From: Eledone cirrhosa
Taxonomy: Eukaryota
Reading direction: 5' to 3'
Assembly: GCA_964016885.1 (NCBI GenBank)
Contig: OZ024763.1
Location: forward strand, 9,982,001 to 10,046,000
DNA length: 64,000 nt
Shown: positions 61,723-64,000 of the stretch, one piece after another
How the letters are laid out: each line of letters begins with the position of its first letter
Numbering within the stretch: position 1 is the first letter of the stretch
Program-made: the position numbers and the translations under genes
The notes under the pieces: model-generated
Database searches by the model: none
What the model was told of the DNA's origin: nothing
Seen by the model: the letters and a program-made list of their open reading frames with translations, nothing else

Positions 61723-62830
61723 GTATAGAGGAGCAGTCAGCAAAGTTAGGATTAGCAATGAGCATAGCGAGGAATTTAGCGTACAGGTCGGTGTCCAGCA
61801 GAGCTCTGTTCTTAGCCCTCTCCTGTTCATCTTAGTCCTGCAGGCAATAACGGAGGAGTTTAAGACTGGATGCTCATGGGAACACCTGTATGCAGATGAC
61901 CTCGCACTTATAGCTGAATCTATGGTAGAACTAGAGAAGAAATTCCAAACTTGGAAGCAGGGACTAGAAAGAAAGGGTCTCAAAGTCAACATGACAAAGA
62001 CTAAGGTCCTAGTAAGTAGACGAGAAAACAGAACCCAGATCCCCTCAGGGAAATGGCCTTGCTCAGTATGTAGGAAAGGTGTAGGTAGGAACTCCATTCT
62101 CTACCCCAAATGCAAACAACGGGTACACAAGAGATGTAGCGGGATCTCAGGAAGCTTAACTAAGAATGTAGGCTTCACATGCAGCAGCTGTGCTGGGACA
62201 GCAAGCAGCAAACAGCCACAGGAAACAAGTACCACCAAACTCTTGGAGGGCTCTGTAGAAACAGTAGACAGCTTCTGCTACCTAGGTGACCGAATTAGCA
62301 GCGGAGGTGGGTGTTCGGAAAGTACAATAACTAGGGTAAGAACAGGATGGAAGAAGTTCAGGGAACTACTGCCACTGCTAACTGCAAAAGGCTTTTCCCT
62401 CAAAATGAAAGGCAGACTGTATGATGCATGTATCCGAACAGCAATGTTACATGGTAGTGAGACATGGGCACTGTCTGTGGAAGACTTGCGTAGATTAGAA
62501 AGTAACGAAGCCTGCATGCTCCGATGGATGTGTAATAGTAATATATGTGAACGGCAAAGCATAAATGAATTGAGAGAGAGACTGAGCATAAGAGGAATCA
62601 AATGCTGTGTGCAGGAGAGGCGGTTGCGTTGGTATGGACATGTGACACGTATGAAGCATGACAGCTGTGTAAAAAGGTGCAGAGCATTAGAAGTTGATGG
62701 AAACCGCGGAGTGGGGAGACCCAAAAAGACCTGGGATGAGGTGATAAAAGCCAACCTTACTCAATTACACCTCTCAAAGGCGATGACACATGACCGTGAC
62801 CTCTGGCGTCACGCAGTAATACAGAACACC
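61723..62830 (+). mobile_element. 5'-truncated RTE LINE with an open 3' half of the ORF
   Basis: Uninterrupted 'VLSPLLF...LYADDL...WPCSVCRKGVG...HKRCSG...MLHGSETW...LRWYGHV...GRPKKTW'. Confidence 0.9.
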
Positions 62831-63138
62831 CGACCCGCCCATGGGTACAAGCCGAAACTGAAGTATATAGACAATATGCCCCCACACCCTCCCACTGTAA
62901 AGTGGACGTGTAGGCGCCACGGAAAAAAAAGCACCCAGCACTCCCTGTAAATTAGGTTGGTGTTAGGAAGGGCATCCAGCTGTAGAAATCAAGCTAGAAT
63001 CAGTTCCCGTATGAGCAAGACAAGGTCAGCCGACCGGACACTGCTCACAACAGGACAACCCATCCTACCCATGCTAGCGTGGAAGAACGGACGTAAAACG
63101 GTGATGATGATGATGATATGTTTACATATATATATATA

Positions 63139-63177
<39 letters not shown>

Positions 63178-63284
63178 ACATATATATATATATATACTTA
63201 TATATATATATATATGTATACATAAATATATATATATATATATGTATACATATATATATATATATACTTATATGTATACATATA

Positions 63285-63322
<38 letters not shown>

Positions 63323-63329
63323 TACATAT

Positions 63330-63364
<35 letters not shown>

Positions 63365-63712
63365 AGTATACATATATATGTATGTATACACACGCACACA
63401 CACTCACAAAACAAAATATATATGTATATATATATATATATGTGTATATATATATATATATATATAATAAGGGTTGACGGACCCAGCATATTTATGAATG
63501 CCAGTACCGGTTGTATCTCAGCGCACTCAATGGGCAATGTAAGATACATTACCAGAGTATACACATAGTTATTTGCCTCAACACAACACACGTAAAACGG
63601 GTGCCTATAAGGATGGTGCAGTGCAGCAGTAAGCTGCACTGCACCATCTGTCTGCATATATTATGCAACAATGCACAATCGGCTTATGCTGCTTCATCAT
63701 ATTATTATATAC

Positions 63713-63770
<58 letters not shown>

Positions 63771-64000
63771 TATGGTTAAGCAGATGTTATGTAAAGTGGA
63801 TTCCTAGCTTTTGAAAGAATTAAATGAATATTCATGAGAAATGTGTCATTATGAGTGTTCCTGTACTAGCTTATATGTACACACACACACACACACACAC
63901 ACATACAGATACACCCACACACAGACACACACACAGACAGACACACACACACATACATACACACACACACACACACACATAGACACACACACACCAACAC

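Overview
Eukaryotic, AT-rich, microsatellite- and transposon-dense animal DNA; the SINE/RTE/Penelope content suggests a coleoid cephalopod such as an octopus (inferred, not proven). There are three protein-coding genes. On the minus strand, an intronless B3GALNT2 (7086-8573) and a single-coding-exon CCDC115/VMA22 (5068-5688) appear to be joined by splicing into one transcription unit. Divergently on the plus strand lies an 8-exon FBXO42 (13317-42045, 745 aa; all splice phases reconcile). Two identical tRNA-Ile(AAT) genes lie at 52.3 and 53.2 kb. The rest is mobile DNA: a near-intact DD37D maT transposon, a decayed mariner, RTE, CR1-like, CRE-like and Penelope retroelements, a Helitron, piggyBac-type MITEs, SINEs and minisatellites. 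Most notable: (i) the whole B3GALNT2 ORF looks like a cassette exon in the CCDC115 5'UTR, with its stop 15 nt before an in-frame splice to the CCDC115 ATG; (ii) several Penelope-associated hammerhead-ribozyme-like motifs, including an atypical core variant with a large stem-II insert; (iii) several long inverted repeats inside the FBXO42 pre-mRNA.
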